This document shows positions 1 to 11,000 of a DNA stretch of 46,729 bases, piece by piece. The notes under the pieces are model-generated. The model worked only from the letters and a program-made list of their open reading frames with translations. It did not search any database and was not told where the DNA came from. The stretch spans positions 1 to 46,729 of the IMG/VR virus record IMGVR_UViG_3300017761_003339, one strand, 5' to 3'. Numbering within the stretch: the first letter of the stretch is position 1; each line of letters opens with the position of its first letter. The translations under genes and the position numbers were made by a program. The stretch is from a virus. Lineage: Duplodnaviria; Caudoviricetes.

Positions 1-1095
1 AGCGGTATTACTTGTACCCGTTGAATTTGCTACCAAAGATTGAAAACCAACTGCGGTATTATTCACACCCGTACTTACCTTCAACGCTTGATAACCGATT
101 GCGGTTATGCCTGTTCCCGTTGTATTGCTCTTTCCTGCTTCAAAACCTACAGCGGTGTTGTTGGAGGCGGTGTTGGATTTTAACGCAGTATGTCCTATTG
201 CGGTATTATTGCTACCTACACTATTAAGATTTAACGAATCCAATCCAAACGATGTATTTTTTGAACCCGTTGTAGTATTTTGTAATGCACCAACTCCTAA
301 AGCACTATTTTCCGTTCCCGTTGTGTTTACCAATAATGCAGAATTACCAACAGCAGTATTATAACTACCCGTACTAACCCTCAACGCTTGATACCCTATC
401 GCAGTTATACCTACCCCGCTTGTATTGGTAAACCCCGCTTGATGACCTACGGCGGTGTTGTTTGATGCGGTATTGTTTTCTAAAGCATTTTGACCGACTG
501 CAACATTGTAACTTCCTGATACGTTTCTAAGTAATGAATACCCACCAAGAGCAGTATTATAAGAACCTACATTTGTATCTCTTAATGCACTATCTCCCAA
601 AGCGGTATTGTAAAGTCCCGATATAAGAGTAGTCAAAGCCAATCCGCCAACTGCTACGTTATTTGTACCACTCGTATTAACCAACAACGCATCCACACCC
701 ACACCCACGTTGTAACTTCCGCTTGTGTTGGCTCTAAGCGACCTATAACCCAATGCGGTGTTATTAGACGCTGTATTACTTTCCAATGCCAGTGCGCCAA
801 TACCTGTGTTGGTAGTGCCGGTACTGTTGGCCGTCAAGGCGTTCAGTCCAAGTGCTACGTTATTAGATCCGCTTGTGTTGCTGTCCAGTGCAGCCACACC
901 AAATGCAGTGTTGGTAGCAACGCCACCTGCACCATAATTGGTCAAGGCTGTGGTAGATACCAGTAGAGCAAGGTCATTGCCACTACCATCAGTAATTCTT
1001 CTTAGTGTTGCGCCTGTTATTTCAAGATTATCCGTTGTTTTGAGTAATCCTTCATATGTTGCTGCCGGGGTTAATCCCGTGAGTGAAGTTCCCAT
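1..1095 (-). CDS. Tail fibre / receptor-binding protein with YadA-head-like ~14-aa repeats (3' end outside the window)
   Basis: Missing from the ORF track. Manual translation from the ATG at 1095 is open to base 1: MGTSLTGLTPAATYEGLLKTTD... followed by many NTA[VL]GxxAL.xNTxGxx repeats. Confidence 0.8.
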   Translation of the reverse strand, partial: MGTSLTGLTPAATYEGLLKTTDNLEITGATLRRITDGSGNDLALLVSTTALTNYGAGGVATNTAFGVAALDSNTSGSNNVALGLNALTANSTGTTNTGIGALALESNTASNNTALGYRSLRANTSGSYNVGVGVDALLVNTSGTNNVAVGGLALTTLISGLYNTALGDSALRDTNVGSYNTALGGYSLLRNVSGSYNVAVGQNALENNTASNNTAVGHQAGFTNTSGVGITAIGYQALRVSTGSYNTAVGNSALLVNTTGTENSALGVGALQNTTTGSKNTSFGLDSLNLNSVGSNNTAIGHTALKSNTASNNTAVGFEAGKSNTTGTGITAIGYQALKVSTGVNNTAVGFQSLVANSTGTSNTA

Positions 1096-1120
1096 GTTAT
1101 TTATTTTTTTGTTTTGTTAG

Positions 1121-1513
1121 TTAGTTCCAAGTATCGGTGATGTTATTCCAAGGTGCAAAGTTTATTAATTGCCATTGTGTTGCATTGAATGGAGGTACGT
1201 TGTCTGTAGGTGTGTTTATAATGGCTGAGGCCAAATCATATAAAATAACAGAACCAGAAATTAAACGTATAGATGAAATACATTCTCCTTTTGGCATCGA
1301 AATGTAAATTCCAGGACTTATTAAAACCCCACCTACTCCTAGTTCCGTAGTTACATCGTTTCCATATGAATTTCTTACTATTTCGACTATTGTATAGTCT
1401 TGACAAACAAAACCCTGAAATGCACCATACTTTGTAGTAGATGCAGAAAGAGCAGTTGATCCTGTCAATCCTGTTTTATAATCTAAAATCCTTGAAAATA
1501 TTTCTTTGGACAT
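1121..1513 (-). CDS. Hypothetical virion/tail-associated protein
   Basis: 130-aa ORF in the tail cluster, with a promoter element directly upstream. Confidence 0.6.
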   Translation of the reverse strand: MSKEIFSRILDYKTGLTGSTALSASTTKYGAFQGFVCQDYTIVEIVRNSYGNDVTTELGVGGVLISPGIYISMPKGECISSIRLISGSVILYDLASAIINTPTDNVPPFNATQWQLINFAPWNNITDTWN

Positions 1514-1517
1514 ATAT

Positions 1518-1525
1518 CAAAGATA
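1518..1525 (-). promoter_or_regulatory. Bacteroidota -7 promoter element (TATCTTTG)
   Basis: Matches TAnnTTTG; 4 nt before the ATG at 1513. Confidence 0.65.
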
Positions 1526-1554
1526 CAAAATAAAAACAAAAAAGGCAACCTTGT

Positions 1555-2391
1555 TTAATATACTCGATACAGATTGAAAAGGTCCGTGTGTATTGTATTT
1601 GCCGGGTTTGTGGTTATCCACTGCGCATTCACTTGCAGAGTAGTACTAATCGTAGTACTAAATGTTGTATTGTTTTGACTAAAGAAGCCAACACTCTCTG
1701 GAGCATTACTAGCGTCCTTATTGAAGAAGAACGTCCCCGCAGTAGCAATTGATGCCGTTCCCGCAGATCCAATGACCCTAATTGTAAACGTAATGTACAG
1801 CTCCCAGTTTTTATTGGTTGTCGAAGGAAGCGTTATAGTTCCACTTGATGCTAAAGTTACAGCCCCTGCTATTATCGTTATTGATATCTGCTCGTTATTG
1901 GCAGATGACATTTGGCCAGAGAAGAACGCATTGAAAGAGTCACCAACTTGAAATCCATTTGCAGGGATAGTCAGAGTTCCCACACCACCATCAATCAAAC
2001 TTCCAGAGGTGGTTACGGGTACGCTCTGCTGTGTCTGTGAGTAAAGTCCGCCTGCGTGTAGGGTATTGATTGTTACGTTTCCTGTTCCTTCTACTGGGCT
2101 TAGGCTTATATTGGTGCCTGCTATTATCTTATTGACAATTGCTTGATTTTCCCACTGTCCTGTGGCACTATTGTAGACTAATCCGTTTTTATTGGCAACG
2201 CTAGTTAAGGTAACGTCTGTTAGTCCATTTAGATCTGAGGCCCCAAGCGTAATATTTCTTAAATTCTGTACAATAACCCGTAGTCGTGTAGCCTTATCTT
2301 TTTCTGATTGGTCACGGGTTTTACTATAGATTTTGTCCGCCTCACTTGCAGATTTTAATAATTGGGATGCTATATTATCTAATTCTGCCAT
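1555..2391 (-). CDS. Fibre/spike-like structural protein
   Basis: Contains LNGLTDV...LVYNSATGQWEN and IIAGTNISLSP..GTGNVTI fibre-shaft motifs, then a Thr/Gly-rich beta domain. Confidence 0.6.
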   Translation of the reverse strand: MAELDNIASQLLKSASEADKIYSKTRDQSEKDKATRLRVIVQNLRNITLGASDLNGLTDVTLTSVANKNGLVYNSATGQWENQAIVNKIIAGTNISLSPVEGTGNVTINTLHAGGLYSQTQQSVPVTTSGSLIDGGVGTLTIPANGFQVGDSFNAFFSGQMSSANNEQISITIIAGAVTLASSGTITLPSTTNKNWELYITFTIRVIGSAGTASIATAGTFFFNKDASNAPESVGFFSQNNTTFSTTISTTLQVNAQWITTNPANTIHTDLFNLYRVY

Positions 2392-3023
2392 TAAAGACTC
2401 TTTAACATCTCAATCATTTTCGGATGAGGGTATATGTCAGTTTTATCTTTGCGGCAAGAGTTATGAGTGTAGACACCTTTTTCACCTTTCAAACATCTAG
2501 GAGTAATACCCCAAATGTCTTCATTATAGGTAAGGGGAATATTATATTTCTCTTTCCACAACAAGAGCAATTCCTTTACTGCTTGGATCTGAGCGTCTGT
2601 GTAATTGTGAAAGAACTTAAATCCTTTGTATGGTTTATCTAAAGTGCAAACTTGATCGGCTGGAACTACCTTATTTACGTAGTTATAAAACTTACCATCC
2701 TTTTGCGTAAGTTGTCCCCAATTGCAGATTTCAATTCCAATACTTGTCTTATCCAAACTTTTATATGGAACTCCATTAGCAGTAAATACAGAAGTCTTAA
2801 GTCCCAAATGATATGCCCAAAACTTTGAACTAAACCCTTGTACCACTTCGCCATCAGCACTAATAGATACACAAGTCGCAATCTTATCGGGGTTTGAGGC
2901 CCAACCTTGAAATACAATGTGAGCGTTAGGGCCACCAGCAGTGTGATGCAAGAAGATTTGATCCTTAGGATGTTCTTCTGCAAAATATTGGGTCTTAGGG
3001 AAGTCAATTTGAGTCAGTTTCAT
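2391..3023 (-). CDS. N-acetylmuramoyl-L-alanine amidase (Amidase_2-type endolysin)
   Basis: IFLHHTAG, WAYHLG, SIGIEIC, THNS..KDKTD Zn-amidase motifs. Confidence 0.9.
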   Translation of the reverse strand: MKLTQIDFPKTQYFAEEHPKDQIFLHHTAGGPNAHIVFQGWASNPDKIATCVSISADGEVVQGFSSKFWAYHLGLKTSVFTANGVPYKSLDKTSIGIEICNWGQLTQKDGKFYNYVNKVVPADQVCTLDKPYKGFKFFHNYTDAQIQAVKELLLLWKEKYNIPLTYNEDIWGITPRCLKGEKGVYTHNSCRKDKTDIYPHPKMIEMLKSL

Positions 3024-3033
3024 TAGTTATTTC

Positions 3034-4017
3034 TTACAAGCCTACAGAATTTAAGAAGAAAGTATTTGTTGCAATACAAGTGATTTTAAATACACGACCT
3101 CTTTGTGCACTAGGAGTTATTGTAGTGCTTGGTGCAATTGTCTGAGCCAAACCAGCATTATTTACATAGTAAACTGTTACTGAAGAATCGGCAGCAATAG
3201 CCACACTCTGAGCAGTATTACAGAAAACAGTTGTTGTAAAACCAGCAGCAAAGGCCGGGTTATTAGGACATACAATAGTCACTATACCAGATGCGTGAGT
3301 AACCAATAAGAAAGCATCGGCATCAGCACTTGTCAAAGGACGTAAACCAGAACTTGCGATTGCAGTCTGAACCTTTGTTTTCACCTCTACACTACCAGAC
3401 AAACGAGCGTCTGGAATAGTACCTGAGCCCAAATTACTTGCATTTAAAGCGGTCAAGTTGACACCACTTACAGCAGGCAACTGGGTAGATCCGTTCAATT
3501 GAACCAACTGAGACGCACCATTGAATGTGTTTCCTTGAACAGTAACTTGCGAACTTAAACGAGCATCTGCTAAAGTTCCACTTGCAATGTTTGTTGCATT
3601 CAAAGCAGTTAAGTTAACCCCGCTTATAGCAGGCAACTGAGTACTAGAATTCATCTGTACCAATTGAGACGCACCGTTAAAGGTATTACCTTGAACTGTA
3701 ACTTGAGAACTCAAACGAGCATCGGCTAGAGTTCCGCTAGCAATATTAGAAGCGTTCAAAGTAGTCACCAATAGACCACTAACAGCAGGCAATTGTGTGC
3801 TAGCATTTAACTGAACCAGTTGACTGACCCCGTTAAAAGTGTTACCTTGTGTAGTAATATTTCCAGCTGCAACAACAGCAGTTGTTAAATTCGTAACCGT
3901 TACTTGTTTAGTAGTACCAGCACTAGTGTCTGAAATATCTACGATGGGAAGTAAGTCACCCGAAGCCACCGAACTCAACGAGTCCAATTCACTTATTCTT
4001 TTTTCTTGAAATGCCAT
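3034..4017 (-). CDS. Tail fibre protein with three 52-aa repeats
   Basis: Start MAFQEKRISEL is coupled to the upstream stop (TAATG); repeats QGNTFNG.SQLVQ.N.STQLPA.SG...LNA.N..SGT..DARLS. Confidence 0.75.
   Translation of the reverse strand: MAFQEKRISELDSLSSVASGDLLPIVDISDTSAGTTKQVTVTNLTTAVVAAGNITTQGNTFNGVSQLVQLNASTQLPAVSGLLVTTLNASNIASGTLADARLSSQVTVQGNTFNGASQLVQMNSSTQLPAISGVNLTALNATNIASGTLADARLSSQVTVQGNTFNGASQLVQLNGSTQLPAVSGVNLTALNASNLGSGTIPDARLSGSVEVKTKVQTAIASSGLRPLTSADADAFLLVTHASGIVTIVCPNNPAFAAGFTTTVFCNTAQSVAIAADSSVTVYYVNNAGLAQTIAPSTTITPSAQRGRVFKITCIATNTFFLNSVGL
3397..3858 (-). repeat. Three 156-bp tandem coding repeats
   Basis: QGNTFNG codons recur at a 156-nt period (about 3850, 3694, 3538). 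Confidence 0.85.
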
Positions 4018-4403
4018 TATAATATTATTTGATATCCGTTTTGTTGTAATAACCAAACTCCATTCTGTGTAAGAATGTAGCCGCCTAGTTGATTTTTGTA
4101 AGCCATTTCTTTTGCAAAAGGTGTTACCTTAAAGGCATCAATTTCTGCTTGACTAACAGAACAATCTCCACAATTTCTTGCAAACCTATTTACGACAGAG
4201 ATAAATTTATCAATGTCTTCGTTATAACATTGGACATTCTCCATGCACCAAAGTAAGAATAAACCTTTTGTCTGCAAAGTTTCATAGTTGCAACAAGGCC
4301 TATCATATTTTTGTGCAGCCGATATACTTTTTTCAGTATTGACAATCGCCTTGCGAAGTGCCAAGTAAGAACTGTAAAAACTATATAAATTTACGTATGT
4401 CAT
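4017..4403 (-). CDS. Cys-containing tail hub/adaptor-like structural protein
   Basis: TAATG-coupled at both ends; RPCC and CGDC motifs; C-terminal YILTQNG..LLQQNG..IIL. Confidence 0.55.
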   Translation of the reverse strand: MTYVNLYSFYSSYLALRKAIVNTEKSISAAQKYDRPCCNYETLQTKGLFLLWCMENVQCYNEDIDKFISVVNRFARNCGDCSVSQAEIDAFKVTPFAKEMAYKNQLGGYILTQNGVWLLQQNGYQIIL

Positions 4404-4987
4404 TAACAATTACATCCCCCAATAGAATAAGCATTACAATCAGAATCACTAAGAAGAAAATTGATTTCTTCATATAATTCTTGAGCCAAAGTATATTCCT
4501 CACAATCAAAAGCCTGTACCATTCTATCGTACATCAATTTGGCCTCAGCATAGTTATTTATATCCATATTACCCAAAGCCAATTGCCCAATAGAACAAAG
4601 CAAATCATTAACTCGCAAAGAATACTTGGTAACTGTTGTAACCACACTAAGAATTGTAAAAGTAAAAACATATTTCCAAACTCCATCTGTAAGAGCAAAG
4701 GTTGGAACTACGGCAGAAGGATCTGTAAATACATTGTAAGCACGATTAGTTCCAACATTAAAGAAAGTCGTTGCGTATAAAGCAGAATTACCTATAGTTG
4801 TTGTACTTCCTGGTATAAATATATTTAAATCTACCACCGTAACATTTGAGCGAAGACTTGATGGAGTCGGAGTAACAGTATCGTTCCAACCGCCAGGGTT
4901 GCTGATTGCGTTAAAATCACCGGTATTATCTACAACAATAATATCAGCATCATTGTTTATAATTCCGATTTGAATTGAAAGTGCCAT
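4403..4987 (-). CDS. Structural protein (crAss-like tail hub type)
   Basis: DNTG...NPGGW, LTDGVW.Y and a C-terminal GCNC; position in the tail module. Confidence 0.55.
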   Translation of the reverse strand: MALSIQIGIINNDADIIVVDNTGDFNAISNPGGWNDTVTPTPSSLRSNVTVVDLNIFIPGSTTTIGNSALYATTFFNVGTNRAYNVFTDPSAVVPTFALTDGVWKYVFTFTILSVVTTVTKYSLRVNDLLCSIGQLALGNMDINNYAEAKLMYDRMVQAFDCEEYTLAQELYEEINFLLSDSDCNAYSIGGCNC

Positions 4988-4991
4988 ATAT

Positions 4992-4999
4992 CAAAGTTA
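4992..4999 (-). promoter_or_regulatory. Bacteroidota -7 element (TAACTTTG)
   Basis: TAnnTTTG 4 nt before the ATG at 4987. Confidence 0.65.
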
Positions 5000-5009
5000 C
5001 GAAATATTT

Positions 5010-8000
5010 CTAAGGAATCAAACCTTGAGAATTTGCCAAACCTACAGCAATCAATTTTTGTTGCATTTGCTCTGTAATAAGACCTCTTTTTTGCATATCT
5101 CTTAAATATTTTCTTTCGGAATCATTGCGATAATACTGAAGATGAGTTTTGATTGCTTCCAATTGATCTTGCTCGAAACGATTGAAAAGATTTACAATTT
5201 CTTCTTGGGCTTTTTCATCATTATCTTGCTCAATATAACTAGCAAGTACGGGTTTCAACCTTGCGATATCCTCACCATATTTTCTCAAACTAGTGCGCAT
5301 AACCTCACCCCTAATTTTTAACTCTTCTCTATACAAATCGTTAGGTAATTCGTATTCAAAATAATTAGGAGAATTTGGTTTATCATCAGCTCCCGTAGTG
5401 ATATCCATTTCCCAACGGAATTTATTTTTCATTGGGTTTGAGATAACTTGATACATACCGCTTGTTTTACCATTCCATTTCCACTCGTAATCTCTGCCTG
5501 TCATTTGTTGATACATCATAGCAAGATCCATAAGACCACTATTTACTTTCATAGCATCAACATAAGTCAATTTTTCTTTATCTGCATCTTTAGGAGAAAG
5601 AGAATACTTGCGAAGCGCAAATGGATCAAATACGGCTTGAAAATAAGCACCAGCAGTTCCGGGGTCAGCCAAGGTTACTTTATATTGTAAATCTTCGCCA
5701 AATGGGCCTATTGCAGCCTTATAGAACTCGTTTCTAGTATCTTCATTAAAAGATATATTTCGATTCAAACGCTGTACAGTTTTAATTACTACTGGTCCCC
5801 AAGCGGCTGGCCAACTATTATCTTCTCTAAATTTTGAAATTTCACTTGCACTCTGTACTATTTCAGCGTTTCCTTTTGACATAAAGGAGAAGAAAGAAGG
5901 GAAGAAAACTGACATAGATGTACTTAAAGTTCCAGATGCAAAATTCTCCCAAGCCTTAGCACTTGTATCGGGGTTTTTCAAATCGTTTGTCAGAGCCCCA
6001 ACACGAGCTAAACCTTGGAACATCGGAAGATTTTCAATACCATTACTCAAAGTACTCTGAATCAAAAATCCTAAACCATTCTTTTGATCGTCAAGAAGTT
6101 GACCCATACCATTTTCTCTTTTAGCACGACCTTGTTCATAAACACTACCATACAAATTCATTGCGTATCCAAGGAAACCAGCATTATTGGTGTTAAGAAT
6201 TTTATCACCATTCTTAGCAAAACCGCCTCTACGAGTAATAAAATTATCTGTGCCCATTTGCTTACCCCAATCTTGACCAAATGTTTTTCCTACGTTATTC
6301 AAAAGAGTCATTCCATTGGCTTTCATATACTCAGCGTGCAAAGTAGCATTGTACAAACCACCACGCAATTGTATGTTTTTCAATGATTTATCTTTTTCCA
6401 TATCGCCTCCGATTAGAATGGCTCCTGCTTTAACAGCAGACATTGCAAAACCATAGATTGCCCAACTTGTTATCATCTGAGCAGCATCATAGGTTGCTTG
6501 TCTTTTAGCAGCAAACAAATCAATTTTAGCCAATTCGTAATCCTTTCTTTGCTTTTCGTTATTTAATTTTTTACCTATCTTATAATTTTTGTTAAATTGT
6601 TTGAATTTATATTGGTAAATACCTTCAGAAATCAAATATTTAGGACTTGCGATTGCAGGAACTGTCTTAGCGATTGCAGTACCCAAGAAGTTAACAGGTA
6701 CTTTTGTAAATGGCATCAATGTCCAAAGTGCTACATCACCGACTTGTAAAAGGTTCTTACTCATTCCACCTACAGTAAATTGCCTTTTTATTTCTGAGCC
6801 CAATCCTGTACCCGGAGTTTGAGCACGATTGGTTGAATACAAATCTCTTACTTTCTTTCTGATTGCACCACGCCCTGCGGAAATGGCTCCAGAAATTATG
6901 TTGTCTCCCAACAAAGTACGTTTTAAACCTTCTCTTTCGAAAGCAGCATACATTTCTCCATTGTTATAAAGAATAGCGCTCATAGCACGAATTACATCCT
7001 CATCTAGTTTACCATCTGCTTTTTTGAACATACCATCGAATATACCATCTTGGAATCTTGTGCCTTGAATGTTTTGGAAGTAGTCTATCATCGACCTTTG
7101 AGCAGCCATTTGACCAAAGGAAATATCACCTCCATATGCCATAACACGTCCGGTAAATTCAGCAGCGGCAGGTCCAAAGGATGCTAATAGCATTGAAGGA
7201 TTTCCACTAGCAATAGCACTAACAGGCCCAAGACCAAAACTCCACGCCAAACTACGAGCCAAAGTATATTCTTTTCCGTCACGCAATTCTATAGTGCCAT
7301 TTTTGAGTTTGGTGAGTGTTAAATCCAATGCATCAGCTTGCTCTTCCATCGTCATATCAGACAATGATTTACCTGTGCTCTTGTTCACCCAAACATCCAT
7401 AAACTTAAATGCCCATTGAGGATCTTTGAAGAAGTTAACTTGACCTAAGTTGTCATAATAACGATCCAATCCTTTGTTGGTATTCAATACACCATACTTA
7501 AAGTTGTTACTTTCAATATAAGAATATCTTGCTTTTGACAAATTTCTAGCCATTTTCCAATTGTCAAAACTTAAAGTATTACCCTTAATTCCTTTGCCGA
7601 ATTGATCACGCAATTTTTGTATTGACCTAGCAGCAAAGTTAGTGCTCCATATATTATTTTCTATGTTGGCTACATAACTTAAAACAGCAGTACTGACATT
7701 TAACAAAGCACGGCTACCACCAGAAGTAATTCTCTCGTTCCAGAAAATTGGCTTTCTAGCCTCTAAGAACTGAGCAACACGGATAGTTGCATCTCCTACT
7801 GCTTTCTCAGACTTCCAATAGTTATCAAACGCTTGGTCTGACCAATCGGTTTCTAATGCAGAAAGAAAGTTGCTATTTAATTTTTGAGAGTTTTTATAAT
7901 CATTGACAAGTGCAGTCAATGTTTCTTTTTGTTTTGGAGTAAGTATAACTCCGTTGTTTTCTAGCGTTTTTTCAATTGCTTTCTGAGTCCCAATCTGATT

Positions 8001-11000
8001 AAAGAAACGAGCCATCTGTAATATGCGACCTGCTTGGCTGAATAACTCAGATGATACTTGGAAAGCGTAAACAATAGATTCGGGAGTATACAAGTTATCA
8101 CCAATCTTACCAGAACGAACTTGGTCTGCCCAATCTAATCCTTTATCTATCAAATCTTTATCTTGTCCAAATCTTTTAACACCTTGTGTCAAAGCAATGG
8201 CGATTTGGTCAAAGCCCTGTTCTTTCAAATACTGAAGGAACATATCCATTGTAACTGCACTATCTACAAGTCCTAATCCTGTTTCACGCAATACGTTAGC
8301 AACATCAGCAGCCTTTTGTTCAACCTTTAAGTTTTTAGCATCTTCTTCTAACTCATTCAAGAAATCGCTTGGGTATTCTTTATCTCTATCCAAAGCATTC
8401 TGAACGGTTTTACGATAGTCAGCACCAAAAATATCAATCAAATCTTCATTGCTCAAAAAGTCCATGTCTGTGACAGCCTTAAAAATCTCCAAAGGACTGA
8501 AATCTTGTGCAATTAAATTCTCATAAATAGAATCAATTGCTGATGGGTCAATACTTATCTGACGAGTAATTTCTACTTGACGATCACTAAATGCTGTATT
8601 AACCTTATTCATTGTTTCAACAGCAATATTGGCTTGTGCTTGCTTAAAAGCATTCTCATCAAAAAGAGAAGTACCCAATACCTCTTTGATTCTCTTTGGT
8701 GTATATCCTTTGTTAATCAAAGCCGTAAAACTAGAAACTTTATTGTTTCTGCTTTGTTGCATAGCTTGAGAAAAGTCTAAAGCAATGTTGCTGTAATTTA
8801 ATTGACCCTTATTTATAAAGCCTTCGAATATAGGTTTTAATGTTGTTTGAGTATAAGAATTAGGATTCTCTGCATCTAACAAAGTAATAAACGGATCGAG
8901 GAAAATTATTTGACCCTTTGGAGTAAAAAATACATTTCCATTGTGCAAATCATCAATTAAAATACCACCTTCAAAATTTTCAGCGGTAACTTCCATGTCA
9001 TTTTTTAGAATGCGTTTTTTAGATATTTTCGCTGGCCAAGTAATTCTTTCTTGCAAAGCATCACGTAATTTTTCTTGGTCTGCTAGATTAGTTTGTTCAA
9101 TACCTACTATTCCGTGAAACATACGTTGTTTTAAAATAATACGCAATGTTGGTTCGGAATTTAAAAGTCGAGCAAGACCAATCGGAGTTTCTTTTCCTTG
9201 CCTCACATCATCACTAAAACCGAGTATTTCATATGCTGTTTCAGGAAAAATGGTATTGTAAGTCATTATCCTTCTCATCAAACTCAAATAGTTTATACCA
9301 TTGAGAGGTAATGTTGCTTTGTATGTATACTTAGAAGTTTTACTCAGCCATACTCTAGATTCTTCGCCTGCTGCAATTTCATACATCGGAGGAAAAATGT
9401 TCTCTAATTTATTTAGATAAACATTATTCTCTTTGGCAAATTCTCTTAAGAGGTCTTCATCTTTTCCTTCGGTGTCGAAGTCATTTGATTCACCAAAGAA
9501 ATCCCAGGAGTTATCTTTAAAAAGTTTTGCAAGCTGATTGATGGCTGCTTCTCCCACTCTTCCAAAAGTTTCTTTGTTACCTCCGAGGGGGATGGATTCT
9601 TCTTCTGTCCATCCAAGTCTGTGGATGTCTCTTGCATTTCCGTTTTCATCTACTAATATTGGTTTTTTTAATTGTGACTTATTTATAAAATCAGAGTCTG
9701 ATATCTTACTTACTACTGCTCCACTTGGACCAAAAGAATTGTCTTTTGTAACCAAAGCCTTAGGGCCAAGTATATCTTGAAGATACTCAACTAGTTCATT
9801 GCCATCAAATCCTTTTTGATATGCACCATTGCTTATTTCATAACTCTTTGATTCTGGACCTTTCTTTCCTCCTTTTGTTGGTTCAATATCGTTCTTCCAC
9901 TTGCGTGAACTGATTACTGCCTTACCGCCATCATTCAACTTATCAAATACATCTAAAACAATAGCATCACGAATGTCCTTAGGAACTGCGTTTACTACGT
10001 TTAATAATACAACACCATCATACTTCTTATTGATTTGATCTGAGCCCGTAAATGTAGGTTTTTGTTTACCTTGCCATCTTTGTGGGTTTGGTTCATACGA
10101 ATCAATATTACGCCCCAAAGTATTTGCAATGGCATCTGTTCCGAGACCCAAGCCTGCACCATAATCTAAAACATCACCCGTCATATCTTTAAGCAAATTG
10201 GCGGCTTTCACATAAGAACCAACTGTATTTGGACGCTGAGTTGTCACACTAGCCGCTTCAGAACGAATCTTTTGAGATTTGTTTAAGAACTCATCAACTT
10301 GAGCCGGAGATGCTACGTCTTCTTGACTTTCTTGGGGAGTGACTTGAGATTCTGTTTGGGGTTTTCCTTCGACCACTTCTTCGCCAACGCTGGCTTCTGA
10401 CTGTACAGGAACTTCATTTGTGCTTTGCTCTTGAACGGCATTTGTTTTTAGTTTTAATTTTTCGGAAACTTTTCCTGTCGCTAATGTTTCTGACAAGGCA
10501 TTCATATAATCAATAAATCCTTCACGAGTTCTAATACTCTCGAACAATTGAATTTTACCATTGGTGTTTCTTGCGATAAAATCTGAAAACACCCTAGCAA
10601 TTTTTTCTATAGAGCTTAATTTTAAAGTCTTTCCTTCCTCGGCTAAAGTTGATCCAAGTTCAACAGTGAACTCTTCGCCTTTTTGACTATTTCTATAACC
10701 ACTTACCAAAGCATTGATTGAGGCTAAACCTTTTTCACCTAGTGTTTTTCGTGTTACAGCAAGTAAATCATTTTTCATTTGTTCAAACAACTTTGAATCT
10801 GAGCCCAAAGTATTCAACAAAAGCAAGTGAGAAACCTCGTGGCCTATAGTTGTATTGGTGGCAGCATCCATATTGATTTGGATTTCTGACTGAAATTTAC
10901 CAGTCTTCTCATCATATTTAAGAGAAATGTTTCCGGCTTTGTTTTCAGCCGTGCCCATTTGTTTCATCGATTGAGAAAATTCCTCTTGGTTCATCATAAT

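Noticed and set aside
12-1120. Plus-strand ORFs 12-227, 107-364 and 938-1120
   Set aside because: Antisense shadows of the repetitive minus-strand fibre gene
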